From: Polyangiales bacterium
GTDB taxonomy: Bacteria; Myxococcota_A; Polyangia; Polyangiales; Ga0077539
Assembly (NCBI GenBank): GCA_044229975.1
Contig: JBGARZ010000001.1
Span: forward strand, 320,001 to 384,000
Length of the DNA stretch: 64,000 bases
Direction: 5' to 3'
Positions 1-8,685 of the stretch are shown here, in pieces. The notes beneath the pieces are model-generated. The model saw nothing but the letters and a program-made list of their open reading frames with translations, was not told where the DNA came from and ran no database searches. The position numbers and the translations under genes are program-made. Within the stretch, counting starts at the first letter, position 1. Each line of letters starts with the position of its first letter.

Positions 1-1420
1 GTCGTCGTCCGGATCGAGCCAGTCCGGGTTGTCCATCATGTCCGTGTTGCGCGGAGACATGAACCCGCCGCTGCCCACTTCATCGCGGGTCGGCACGGTG
101 TCGTTGTCGTCGTCGGGGTCACGGGCGTCGATCATCCCGTCCATGTCCGAGTCGCGCGGGGTGGTCACGCCGCCCGGCCCGATCTCGTCGCCGTCGCGGA
201 TGGAGTCGCCGTCCGTGTCGGGGTTGTCCGGGTTGGTCCCGATGCGGGTCTCGTCGGCGTCGGGGATGCCGTCGCCGTCGCGGTCGCCGGGCGCGCCGCA
301 GGTGCCCGAGATGCGGTTGCAGACCATGCCCGCGCCGCAGTTGGTGTCCGGGTTGACCGACGGGAGCATGGCGTTGGTGCGGGCGGCGCCGTCCTCACGC
401 GGGTCGTTGTCCGTGATGCAGTCGTTGTCCGAGTCGCGGTCGAGGAAGTCCGGACCGTCGGTGCTCCCGGTGGCCATGTCCGTGTTGACCGGCGTCGCGG
501 GCGCGGGGCCCGCCTCGTCGCGGTCGAGGTCCATGTCACCGTCCGAGTCGAGGTCGCGGTACGACGGCAGGCCGTCGGTGTCGAAGTCGTCGTCCGGCGT
601 CATGTCGAGCATGCGCTCGACGCGCGTCGGGATGGTGTCGTTGTCGTCGTCCGGATCGAGCCAGTCCGGGTTGTCCATCATGTCGGTGTTGCGCGGCGTC
701 GCGAAGCCGCCCGGGCCCAGCTCGTCGCGGGTCGGCACGGTGTCGTTGTCGTCGTCCGGATCGAGCGGGTCGATCATCCCGTCCATGTCCGAGTCGCGCG
801 GGGTGGTCACGCCGCCCGGCCCGAGCTCGTCGCCGTCGCGGATGGAGTCGCCGTCCGTGTCGGGGTTGTCCGGGTTGGTCCCGATGCGGGTCTCATCCAT
901 GTCCGGGATGCCGTCGCCGTCGCGATCGCCGCCGCCCGGGCCGGTGCCGCAGGTGCCCGTCATCCGGTTGCACACCATGCCGGTGCCGCAGTTGGTGTTC
1001 GGGTCGAGCGAGGGGCGCGCCGGGTCGATGCGCGCGGTGCCGTCCTCGCGGGCGTCGCTGTCGGGCAGGCAGTCGTTGTCCGAGTCGCGGTCGAGGAAGT
1101 CGGGGCCGTCCGTGCTGCCCGTCGACGCGTCGCTGTTGGCGGGCGTCGCCGGCGAGCTGCCGGCCTCGACCGAGTCGAGGTCCATGTCCCCGTCGGAGTC
1201 GAGGTCGCGGTACGAGGGCGTACCGTCCATGTCGAAGTCGCGCCCGGCGGACATGTCGCGCGCCTGCTCGACGGCCGTCGGGATGGTGTCGTTGTCGTCG
1301 TCCGGGTCGAGCCAGTCGGGGTTGTCGACCATGTCGGTGTTGCGCGGCGACGCGAAGCCGCCGGTGCCCAGCTCGTCGCGGGTCGGGACGGTGTCGTTGT
1401 CGTCGTCGGGGTCGAGGTAG
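1..1420 (-). repeat. Intragenic tandem macro-repeats of about 642-651 bp (about 214-217 aa)
   Basis: gtcgtcgtccgg(a/g)tcgagccagtc recurs at 1, 643 and 1294; gtccatgtccgagtcgcgcggggtggtcacgccgcccggccc recurs at 139 and 781. Confidence 0.85.
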
Positions 1421-2535
1421 TCCGGGAAGGTGTCCGTGTCGCTGTTGCGCGGGCTCATGCCGCCGCCCGGCCCGAGCTCGTTGACCGTCGGGATGGTGTC
1501 GCCGTCGTCGTCGGGGTCACGGAAGTTGGGAACGCCGTCCATGTCCGTGTCGACCGTCGGCCCCTCGGTGAGGTCGGGGATGGTGTCCATGTCCGTGTCG
1601 ACGGTGGCGCACAGCATCGGGCTCACGGGCCGGAAGGAGATGCCGTCGATGGCGAAGTCGTTGCCCTGATCGGTGGGCTCGTTGTCCACCACCTGGAAGC
1701 TCGCCATGCCCGAGGCGGTGGGGCGATAGATGCCGCCGACGAAGTCCCAGAACATCTGGACGCCGTCCGAGGCGCGCAGCCGGAGCTGCGGCGTCACCGA
1801 GGTGCCGTTGACCGTCACCACGAGGAGGGCGGTGCGCTGCAGCGGACGGGCCGGGTTGAGCCCGCCCCAGTCGGCCACGTTGAACTGCACCACGTAGTCG
1901 CGCCCGGCCTCGACGAGCACGTTGGCCCGGTAGGCCGTGCGGACGCCGATGCCGTTGAAGAGCGCCGCGTAGCCGTCGCCGTTGGCGTCGGCCCAGGTCA
2001 CGGCGCCGACGGTGCGGAACACGCCGTTCCACCCCGACGGGTTGTTGGTGACGGTGAAGTTGCCCTCCGGGCCGCCGCCGCCGTAGCCGTCCACGAAGTT
2101 GCGCGAGTCGTCGTAGGTGTAGTCCGACGTGAAGCCCATGCGACCCATGATGAAGTCGCCGTTGGGCGCCAGGTTGGTCGTCGTGTCACGGCAGCCGTAG
2201 CCGAACTCCGTCACACAGGCCGGGCTGCAACCGTCGCCCGCACGCGTGTTGCCGTCGTCGCAGTCCTCACGGAAGCGACCGGCGCCCGCGCGGATCGAGT
2301 CACCACAGACCGCCACGCACGCGGAGCCCAGGGTCGCGCACGAGAAGCCCGGCTCGGTGATGCAGGTGGCGCCGCAGCCGTCGCCGCCTGCGGTGTTGCC
2401 GTCATCGCAGGTCTCACCCGCGTTCAGGATGCTGTTGCCGCAGCCAATCGGCTGGGCCTGCAGGACAGTGGGCGAGGCCACCGCCGCAATCACTCCTGCG
2501 AGCCCCCAGTGCCATCGGTGCAATCGTCGTCTCAT
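1..2535 (-). CDS. Large secreted surface protein, truncated at the left window edge: signal peptide, two myxococcal Cys-rich repeats (DUF4215-like), a beta-sandwich/CBM-like domain, then many thrombospondin type-3-like Asp-rich Ca-binding repeats
   Basis: Not in the ORF track because there is no stop in the window. Manual translation: MRRRLHRWHWGLAGVIAAVASPTVLQAQPIGCGNSILNAGETCDDGNTAGGDGCGATC...EDCDDGNTRAGDGCSPAC...NLAPNGDF...GNDFAIDGISF...DTDMDGVPNFRDPDDDGDTIPT...DNPDWLDPDDD. Frame is open to position 1. Confidence 0.9.
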   Translation of the reverse strand, partial: MRRRLHRWHWGLAGVIAAVASPTVLQAQPIGCGNSILNAGETCDDGNTAGGDGCGATCITEPGFSCATLGSACVAVCGDSIRAGAGRFREDCDDGNTRAGDGCSPACVTEFGYGCRDTTTNLAPNGDFIMGRMGFTSDYTYDDSRNFVDGYGGGGPEGNFTVTNNPSGWNGVFRTVGAVTWADANGDGYAALFNGIGVRTAYRANVLVEAGRDYVVQFNVADWGGLNPARPLQRTALLVVTVNGTSVTPQLRLRASDGVQMFWDFVGGIYRPTASGMASFQVVDNEPTDQGNDFAIDGISFRPVSPMLCATVDTDMDTIPDLTEGPTVDTDMDGVPNFRDPDDDGDTIPTVNELGPGGGMSPRNSDTDTFPDYLDPDDDNDTVPTRDELGTGGFASPRNTDMVDNPDWLDPDDDNDTIPTAVEQARDMSAGRDFDMDGTPSYRDLDSDGDMDLDSVEAGSSPATPANSDASTGSTDGPDFLDRDSDNDCLPDSDAREDGTARIDPARPSLDPNTNCGTGMVCNRMTGTCGTGPGGGDRDGDGIPDMDETRIGTNPDNPDTDGDSIRDGDELGPGGVTTPRDSDMDGMIDPLDPDDDNDTVPTRDELGPGGFATPRNTDMMDNPDWLDPDDDNDTIPTRVERMLDMTPDDDFDTDGLPSYRDLDSDGDMDLDRDEAGPAPATPVNTDMATGSTDGPDFLDRDSDNDCITDNDPREDGAARTNAMLPSVNPDTNCGAGMVCNRISGTCGAPGDRDGDGIPDADETRIGTNPDNPDTDGDSIRDGDEIGPGGVTTPRDSDMDGMIDARDPDDDNDTVPTRDEVGSGGFMSPRNTDMMDNPDWLDPDDD

Positions 2536-2639
2536 CACGCTTGAAGCCTCCACAAAGCGATGTTGCGCTGCCCTCTACGAGAACACAACGCGCTTCTCCC
2601 TCGCCAGTGACCGGCATTTGCTGCCGAGAATTTGGAGTT

Positions 2640-3938
2640 CTAGCGACGACCTGAAGGGCGACGCGCGCGGCGTCGGAGCAGCACCGAAAGGGCCCCCAGC
2701 ACCCACGCCGCGCCACCCCTCGACGGCCCCACGCGACAGCCACAACCGTCCGCGGGCGGAGGCGCCACCACCGCAGCCCCGTCGGTCGCCGCGTCGAGGC
2801 CGGCGTCGGCGCGACCGAGCGTCCGCTGCACCACGCTCCAGCGGCCGGGGCAGACGTCGCGGGAGAGCGTCCCCACGGGGCAGCGCGCGGGCGGACCACC
2901 GATGGCCGACGCCTCCAGCACCGTCGCAAACGCTCCATCACCATCGCCTCGCAGCAACAGCGCACCGCCGGGGACGTACGTCCGGCACGCCCACAGCGCG
3001 CCGTCGCTCCACCGCAGGCACTCCACCGGCGTGTCCGTCAACCGGGTCGGCGCCGCGCCGTCCGCGATGCGCCACACGCCATCATCGGGACCGCCGGCCC
3101 ACACCCGCTGACCATCGTCGGAGATGGCGAAGCCGCGCATCGGGCCGTTGGTTCGCAGCACCGCACGCACCGTCTCGCCGCCGTCGTCGCTGCGGAAGAG
3201 CACGCCCGATCCGTCGACGGAGCCCGCGTCCATGTCCTCGGGCGCGGCCGTCGCGCGGAGGTACACCACGTCGGCGTTGCGGCCATCGACGCCCGACACG
3301 TAGAGCCCCGTCGCGCCGCCGAAGCGCCCCGCCGCGCGCACCCAGTGGGCGCCGCCGTCGACGCTGCGGAAGAGCACCGGAGCGCCCGCGCTCACGCCGC
3401 TCGCGTAGAGGCGCATCGGGTCGGACGCGGCGACCTCGATGGTCTGGAGCGACACGCCGACGAAGCGCTCGCCGACGAACTCGAAGGTGAGCCCGTTGTC
3501 CGTCGAGCGGGCGACGCGGGAGTCGGGCGTGGCGTTGCGGGTGAGCGCGATGGCCCACGCGGTGCGGCCGTCGGGCGAGGCCGCGAGGTCGCGGATGGTG
3601 AGCGATTCGAGGTCGGGCTGGCGGCGGAAGGTGCAGCCGTTGCGGGTGGTGACGAGGCCGTCGTCGAGGGCAACGAGGAGCGTCCCGTCGGCGGTGTAGA
3701 TGAGCGGCGGGTCGTAGTTGTCGCCGTACTGGAGGGCGTCCTCGCACCAGTACTCCCAGCGGCGGCCGCCATCGACGCTGACCACGAGGCCGAAGGTGGC
3801 GCGCAGCACCATGAGCTCGCGGTTGCCCGCGGGCCCCTGGTGGAACTCCTGTGCGTTGGGGAAGCGACCGTTGGCGAGCGCGTCGCCGGTCGCGAGGAGG
3901 AGGAAGAGAGCGGCCGCGAGGGCGGCGCGGAGGATCAC
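2640..3938 (-). CDS. Secreted BNR/Asp-box (Ycf48/WD40-like) beta-propeller protein with a MYXO-CTERM-like sorting tail
   Basis: GTG at 3938 overlaps the upstream stop (GTGA). Signal peptide (ILRAALAAALFLLLATGDALA); SxDxGxxW/F boxes (SVDGGRRW, STDNGLTF, SVDGGAHW, SDDGGETV); C-terminus DGCGCRVG...AAWVLGALSVLLRRRARR. Confidence 0.8.
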   Translation of the reverse strand: MILRAALAAALFLLLATGDALANGRFPNAQEFHQGPAGNRELMVLRATFGLVVSVDGGRRWEYWCEDALQYGDNYDPPLIYTADGTLLVALDDGLVTTRNGCTFRRQPDLESLTIRDLAASPDGRTAWAIALTRNATPDSRVARSTDNGLTFEFVGERFVGVSLQTIEVAASDPMRLYASGVSAGAPVLFRSVDGGAHWVRAAGRFGGATGLYVSGVDGRNADVVYLRATAAPEDMDAGSVDGSGVLFRSDDGGETVRAVLRTNGPMRGFAISDDGQRVWAGGPDDGVWRIADGAAPTRLTDTPVECLRWSDGALWACRTYVPGGALLLRGDGDGAFATVLEASAIGGPPARCPVGTLSRDVCPGRWSVVQRTLGRADAGLDAATDGAAVVAPPPADGCGCRVGPSRGGAAWVLGALSVLLRRRARRPSGRR

Positions 3939-4258
3939 ACCGAGAAGGAGCTGCCGCAGCCGCAGGTGCCCTTCACGTTCGGGTTGCCGAACTTGAAGCC
4001 CGCGCCGGAGAGGGACTCGACGTAGTCGATCTCGGTGTTTTCCAGGTACTGGATGGAGAGCGGATCGACGAAGAGCTGGATGCCCAGGCACTCCACGATC
4101 TGGTCCATGTCGGTGGGCTTCTCGTCGAAGTACAGGTCGTACTGGAAGCCCGAGCAGCCGCCGCCCTTGACCTGGAGCCGGAGCCCCTGGCCTTCGAGGC
4201 CCTCTGCCTTGGCGATCTCCTTGACCTTGTTCGCAGCGATCTCGGTGAGCGTGATCAT
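3935..4258 (-). CDS. erpA: A-type Fe-S cluster carrier (ErpA/IscA/HesB family)
   Basis: MITLTEIAA...GGGCSGFQY...IDYVESLSGAGFKFGNPNVKGTCGCGSSF; GAGGAG RBS upstream. ErpA rather than IscA is inferred from GGGCSGFQY. Confidence 0.92.
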   Translation of the reverse strand: MITLTEIAANKVKEIAKAEGLEGQGLRLQVKGGGCSGFQYDLYFDEKPTDMDQIVECLGIQLFVDPLSIQYLENTEIDYVESLSGAGFKFGNPNVKGTCGCGSSFSV

Positions 4259-4345
4259 CGTCTCTCCTCTTCAACCGTGGCCGTCGCACCGCGACCGCCA
4301 ACGTCCGTGCTCTGTACCGCACGGCCCCACGACGGTCCAGCGACC

Positions 4346-4636
4346 TCACAACACCCGCAGCCGCACGACGCCCTCACCCGGCCCCACCCGGAGCTGGCAC
4401 CCGAGGCGAACCGTCTCTCGCTCCTTCAGGTACGTGAGCAATTCGTCCTCCCACTCGGTGCGCGGCTCGCACAGCTCCAGGCCCTCGGTCACCTCCAGCC
4501 GACAGATGCCGCAGTTGGCGTGCCTGCACGAAAACGGAACCCCCGCCTTGATGTCCCGATCACACGCTTCGAGCACCGACACCCCGTCGGGGTAATCCAC
4601 CACGAAGCCCGTCCGCTCGAACACCAGCCTCGGCAT
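4346..4636 (-). CDS. 2Fe-2S ferredoxin
   Basis: ATG at 4636 overlaps the upstream stop (TGATG); FSCRHANCGIC...RLGCQ (C-x4-C-x2-C...C). Confidence 0.88.
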   Translation of the reverse strand: MPRLVFERTGFVVDYPDGVSVLEACDRDIKAGVPFSCRHANCGICRLEVTEGLELCEPRTEWEDELLTYLKERETVRLGCQLRVGPGEGVVRLRVL

Positions 4637-7608
4637 CACCACAACCCCGCGGCGCTCGCGCCCACGTCCACGCCAAAGCCCCGCTCGCTCGTCGCCTCGC
4701 CGTGCACCCGCTGCGTCCACGCGCCGTCGTTGCGCGGCACCACCGTCGTCACGGCCGCGCCCTGCCGGTACATGTCCGCGCCACCGCGATCGATGAACAC
4801 CCCCACCGTCGGCCGCGACAGCCGCCCCATGTCCGTCAGCGACTCCAGCGCCGCGTTGCCCAGCGTCAGCACCGACGCCGCGTCGTAGGTGTCGTCGCCC
4901 CCTTCGTCCGCGAAGATGCCCGCCCCGTTGGCGTTGCCCGCCCCCAACGCCAGGTTCGGAACCCCATACACATCCGCCCCGTCCCCCAGCGCCAGCAGGA
5001 TGCCCAACGAGAAGTCGTGGCCTGCGCCGCCGGTCATGTTCTCGCGGGCGCTCGTCTGGTTGTGAACGTCCCTCCCGCCGCCATCGACCAGCGCCCCGTA
5101 GGCGAAGTGCGCCGCGGCTCCCTGCACGTACCAGCGCGCGTCGTAGTGGTCGTCGCCCGCACCATCGAGCAGCAGCCCCATCGCACCCCAGTAGCCCGTC
5201 CCCTGCGCGAAGACCCCGGCGGTGTAGCGATCGTTTCCCTCGCGATCGCGCAGCACGCCGATGCCACCGGACATGTTGGTTCGGTCGACGGTGGCGTCGC
5301 CCCGACGGCCGAAGCCCGCGCCCTGCGTGAAGCTGGAGTTGGACATCGGGCTCTGCGCCGACGGATGTATCACCGGCGTCACCCGGCTCTCGTAGACATC
5401 ATCGCCCGCGCGATCGTGATGCAGCCCGACGCCCTGCACGTAGCCGAAGCCCTGCGCGTAGGCCCACGCCGAGTACTCGTCACGACCGCCGCCATCGACC
5501 AGCACGCCGACGCCCACGATCGCAGCACCCTGGCCGCCCGACTCGATGGCGTACCGGTCGTCGCCGCCGTCGTCGTAGAGGCCGCCCACGCCCAGCGCGC
5601 CGAAGCCCTGCGCCATGCGAAGCGCGCGGTAGCGATCGGCCCCGCCGCCGAGGTCGTAGAGCAGGCCGACGCCGAGGCGACCGCTGCCCTGGCGTGGCGT
5701 TCGGCTGAGGGAGGCGCCCACCGCGCCGCCGATGCGAACGCGACCCGCCGCGTCGGAGGGCAACGTGTCGGGCGTGTCGAGCGGGCTCGCGACCACCGGG
5801 TAGCCCCATGTGTCGTCACCACCGAGATCGATGACAACCCCGACGGGTTGCGCCGCGTCGACGTTGGCGCCGACGGGCGCCTCCCAGGTGTCGTCACCGC
5901 CCAGGTCGAGCGCCAGCAGCGTTCGCGGATACTCCTCTGCGCTGTACCGGTGCGCCGCGCCATCGCGAATCACCACCCGCCCCGCGGGCGTGTCCTGCGT
6001 GAAGCTCACGCCCGTGCGGCCCGCGAACGGTCGCCAGTCGACGGACTCCACCGTCGTCGCAAGGTCGATGGACTCGCGCAGCGGCAAGGTCACCTCCCCA
6101 AGAACAATCGAGAGGTCTGCCGGGTCGGCGAAGTTGGCGCGCTCGTCGACGCGGTTGGTGGGCAGCACCAGAAACGGCGCCACGCGGAAGAGGTGCGCCC
6201 GCTCAACATCGGTCGGAAAGCGGGCGAGCCCGCGGTCGCGCGCCTCGGCCGCCACGAGCGACGCGCGCAGCACCCGCGCCACGGCCCGTTGCAGCTCCAT
6301 CGGAACATCCGCCGCATCCTCGATGGCCGCCGCCCGATCGAAGGCCCCTCCCCCACGCGTCGCCCACGCTGCGACGGCATCGACCAACGGCTGCTCTCCC
6401 TCCGCGCTCATCACGGGCGACGCTGTGGCGAGCGCGTCGAGCTCACCCGTCAGCCGCAACCCCGCCGCGGCCCGGAGCGCACCCGAGAGCGTCGTCGCCA
6501 TCACGTCGAGGCCGGGTCCCATCGCCTGCGCCCAGCGCGCGCCCGCGAGCCAGTCGCGATGCACGCGGTCGAACACCGGGAGACGAAAGCGATCGCGCGT
6601 GACGAAGGCGCCGAAGGCGTCGAGCGTGGCGGCGCTGAAGAAGAGGTTGCAGCGGTCCCACGGGGCCGTCGGGTCGGCGCGCAGGGCGAGGTCGATGAGC
6701 TCATCCCGCGACTCGAACCCGCAGCGACACCCATCAGGAACACACACCGACTGCGATCGGTCGCAGCGCGCACCGGGACCACACGCCGCGTCGTCGGTGC
6801 ACGCGACGGTGCAGAAGCCTCGCAGCGACGGAGACGCCGGCGTCACGCATCTCAGCCCACCTGGACACGAACGCGTCATGTCACAGGGTGCGTTGAGACC
6901 ACGCACATCGATGGCGCCGTTGCCGCACGCGTCGGGTCCGATGCGATCGTCGGGGACGCACGCCCTCACCGCCGCTCCGCCGCTGGTGCGAACGTCACGG
7001 CAACGCCGTGCGCCGTCCTCGCAGTCGAGGTCGGTGAGGCACGCGCCGAGACACGCCGTACCCGCGCGACCGACGGAGGGGCGGGTGGCGTCGAGGTTCA
7101 CGCACTGGTCATAGCGGCCCACGCAGCCCGCGGCCGGACACACCGCGCCGCGCCGACTCTCCATCGGAACACACCCCGCCGCGACGTCGGGTGTACACAC
7201 GCGGTTGCCCTGATCGTCCTCGCGACAGGTCGCTGCCACGGCAGCATCGCAGGGCTCTCCAATGGTCGGGCAGGCGAGGCGGCACTCGCGCAATCCGGGT
7301 GCGCGGGTCGGGTCGACGGCGACGCAGACGCTCCCATCGTCGCCACACTCGGCGTCGACGCGACACGGTCGGCAGGTGCGCGGCGGAGCGGCCGCGATCA
7401 CCACCGGGACGTCTTCCTTCGCGACGACGTCCGCCAACGCAACGTCCGTCGCGGGGACGTCGGGCACGGAGGCTTCCACAGCGGCGTCGTGGGTGGTGGG
7501 GGCGCCAGGTGTTGGGTCGTCGCACGCGGCCAGGAGGCCGAGCAGCAGGCCGAGCGGGGCGGTGCGTGTCACGGTGAGAGCGACAGTAGCAGCGGGGCGC
7601 CGGGTCAC
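4636..7608 (-). CDS. Large lipoprotein: Cys-rich N-terminal region and a C-terminal array of about 12 D-x-x-G-x-D-x-Y / AQG-G repeats (probable Ca-binding beta-solenoid)
   Basis: 990-aa ORF; lipobox LLAAC; CxxCxxDxxCG modules; repeats DLGGDDTW, DDGGDDRY, DRAGDDVY, DREGNDRY, DGAGDDHY, DEGGDDTY. Confidence 0.8.
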   Translation of the reverse strand: MTRRPAATVALTVTRTAPLGLLLGLLAACDDPTPGAPTTHDAAVEASVPDVPATDVALADVVAKEDVPVVIAAAPPRTCRPCRVDAECGDDGSVCVAVDPTRAPGLRECRLACPTIGEPCDAAVAATCREDDQGNRVCTPDVAAGCVPMESRRGAVCPAAGCVGRYDQCVNLDATRPSVGRAGTACLGACLTDLDCEDGARRCRDVRTSGGAAVRACVPDDRIGPDACGNGAIDVRGLNAPCDMTRSCPGGLRCVTPASPSLRGFCTVACTDDAACGPGARCDRSQSVCVPDGCRCGFESRDELIDLALRADPTAPWDRCNLFFSAATLDAFGAFVTRDRFRLPVFDRVHRDWLAGARWAQAMGPGLDVMATTLSGALRAAAGLRLTGELDALATASPVMSAEGEQPLVDAVAAWATRGGGAFDRAAAIEDAADVPMELQRAVARVLRASLVAAEARDRGLARFPTDVERAHLFRVAPFLVLPTNRVDERANFADPADLSIVLGEVTLPLRESIDLATTVESVDWRPFAGRTGVSFTQDTPAGRVVIRDGAAHRYSAEEYPRTLLALDLGGDDTWEAPVGANVDAAQPVGVVIDLGGDDTWGYPVVASPLDTPDTLPSDAAGRVRIGGAVGASLSRTPRQGSGRLGVGLLYDLGGGADRYRALRMAQGFGALGVGGLYDDGGDDRYAIESGGQGAAIVGVGVLVDGGGRDEYSAWAYAQGFGYVQGVGLHHDRAGDDVYESRVTPVIHPSAQSPMSNSSFTQGAGFGRRGDATVDRTNMSGGIGVLRDREGNDRYTAGVFAQGTGYWGAMGLLLDGAGDDHYDARWYVQGAAAHFAYGALVDGGGRDVHNQTSARENMTGGAGHDFSLGILLALGDGADVYGVPNLALGAGNANGAGIFADEGGDDTYDAASVLTLGNAALESLTDMGRLSRPTVGVFIDRGGADMYRQGAAVTTVVPRNDGAWTQRVHGEATSERGFGVDVGASAAGLW

Positions 7609-7658
7609 ATAGAGTGCCGCCCCCTCGCGCGACGGCGCGACGTTACGGAGAGCATGTG

Positions 7659-8603
7659 ATGGACGAGACGCAGCCGACGACCCCGGAGACCGTGAGCGAA
7701 CGTGAGGCCACCGACCTCGCGGTGATGGCGCTCGACGCGGCGGCGTGGTCGGCCGAGCGGGGGACGCGACCCGATGGCGTGCTGCGGTGTGACCCGGCGT
7801 GGTTTCGCACCGTGGAGCTTCCGCGGGTGCGCGGCGCGGTGGAGCGTGTGCTGATGGGGCGTCACCCCGATCACGGGCTCGACATGCTGCTGGAGGTGGG
7901 GGCGCTCGATGCGCTGCTGCCCGAGGTGAAGGCGATGGTCGGCTTCGGCGACGGCGAGTGGCGCCACAAGGACGTGTGGAAGCACACGAAGCAGGTGGTG
8001 ACGCAGGCGGTTCCGCGCACGGAGGTGCGGTGGGCGGCGCTGCTGCACGACATCGGCAAGGTGAAGACGCGGCGAATCGAGGCCAACGGCGAGGTGCACT
8101 TCTTCGGGCACGCCGAGGTCGGCGCGTCGATGTTCGACCGGATGCAGCGGCGCATTCCGTTGTTTACGGGCGAGGAGGCGCTGTCGCGGACGGTGCGCTT
8201 CCTGATTCTTCATCACCTGCGAGCGAGCGCGTACGACGCGACGTGGACGGACTCGGCGGTGCGACGGTTCGCCAAGGAGATGGGCGCCGGGATGTGCGAC
8301 CTGCTCGACCTGTCGCGCGCGGACATCACCACCAAGCGCCCCGAGAAGAAGAAGCGCGGCCTCGACGCCATCTCCGAGCTGGCGCGGCGGGTGCGCGCGA
8401 TCGAGGAGATGGACGCGAAGGTTCCGCCGCTGCCGAAGGGGTTGGGGACGGCCATCTCCGCGCGCTTCGGGATTCCCCCGTCGCCCGCGCTCGGCGACCT
8501 GATGAAGGTGCTGAAGGAGCGCGTCGACGGCGGCGAGCTCGAAGCCCAGCGCGACAACGACTACTACCTCGCGTACATCGCGGACACGAAGCTCATCGGG
8601 TAG
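7659..8603 (+). CDS. HD-domain phosphohydrolase resembling the body/tail of class II CCA-adding enzymes, lacking the nucleotidyltransferase head
   Basis: LLPEV...HKDVWKHT...AALLHDIGK...FFGHAEVGA...HHLR...WTDSAVRRF...SRADITT...GIPPSPALG. No GGxVRD/DxD/RRD/DPLR motifs. GGAG upstream of ATG 7659. Confidence 0.82.
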   Translation: MDETQPTTPETVSEREATDLAVMALDAAAWSAERGTRPDGVLRCDPAWFRTVELPRVRGAVERVLMGRHPDHGLDMLLEVGALDALLPEVKAMVGFGDGEWRHKDVWKHTKQVVTQAVPRTEVRWAALLHDIGKVKTRRIEANGEVHFFGHAEVGASMFDRMQRRIPLFTGEEALSRTVRFLILHHLRASAYDATWTDSAVRRFAKEMGAGMCDLLDLSRADITTKRPEKKKRGLDAISELARRVRAIEEMDAKVPPLPKGLGTAISARFGIPPSPALGDLMKVLKERVDGGELEAQRDNDYYLAYIADTKLIG

Positions 8604-8685
8604 CTGGCGCGGAGGTCACGGGCCCGCGGCGTTGGCCCGCTGACTGCGGGCGTGGTCGACGCTCCCCGAAGCGACGAGTACCAAC

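Noticed and set aside
29..1420. 463-aa Ser-rich plus-strand ORF
   Set aside because: Antisense shadow of the Asp-rich repeat gene on the minus strand (GAC repeats read as TCG/GTC).
1..1420. Periodic DNA repeats as a CRISPR array or mobile-element repeat
   Set aside because: The repeats are in-frame, coding, degenerate at third positions and have no unique spacers; no cas, transposase or integrase genes were seen anywhere in the window.
2640..4349. ORF-track N-terminal extensions (569 aa here; also 11382 yebC, 15874 mutase, 23349 pyrD, 34876 secA, 57292 crotonase)
   Set aside because: The extensions overlap real neighbouring genes. Starts were reassigned using family N-termini, RBSs and start/stop overlaps.
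4702..7659. 985-aa plus-strand ORF, and similar very long ORFs at 23468..27010, 34891..38325, 40094..42532 and 38449..40269
   Set aside because: Arg/His/Gly-rich antisense or off-frame shadows of clearly recognisable genes; expected in high-GC DNA with few stop codons.
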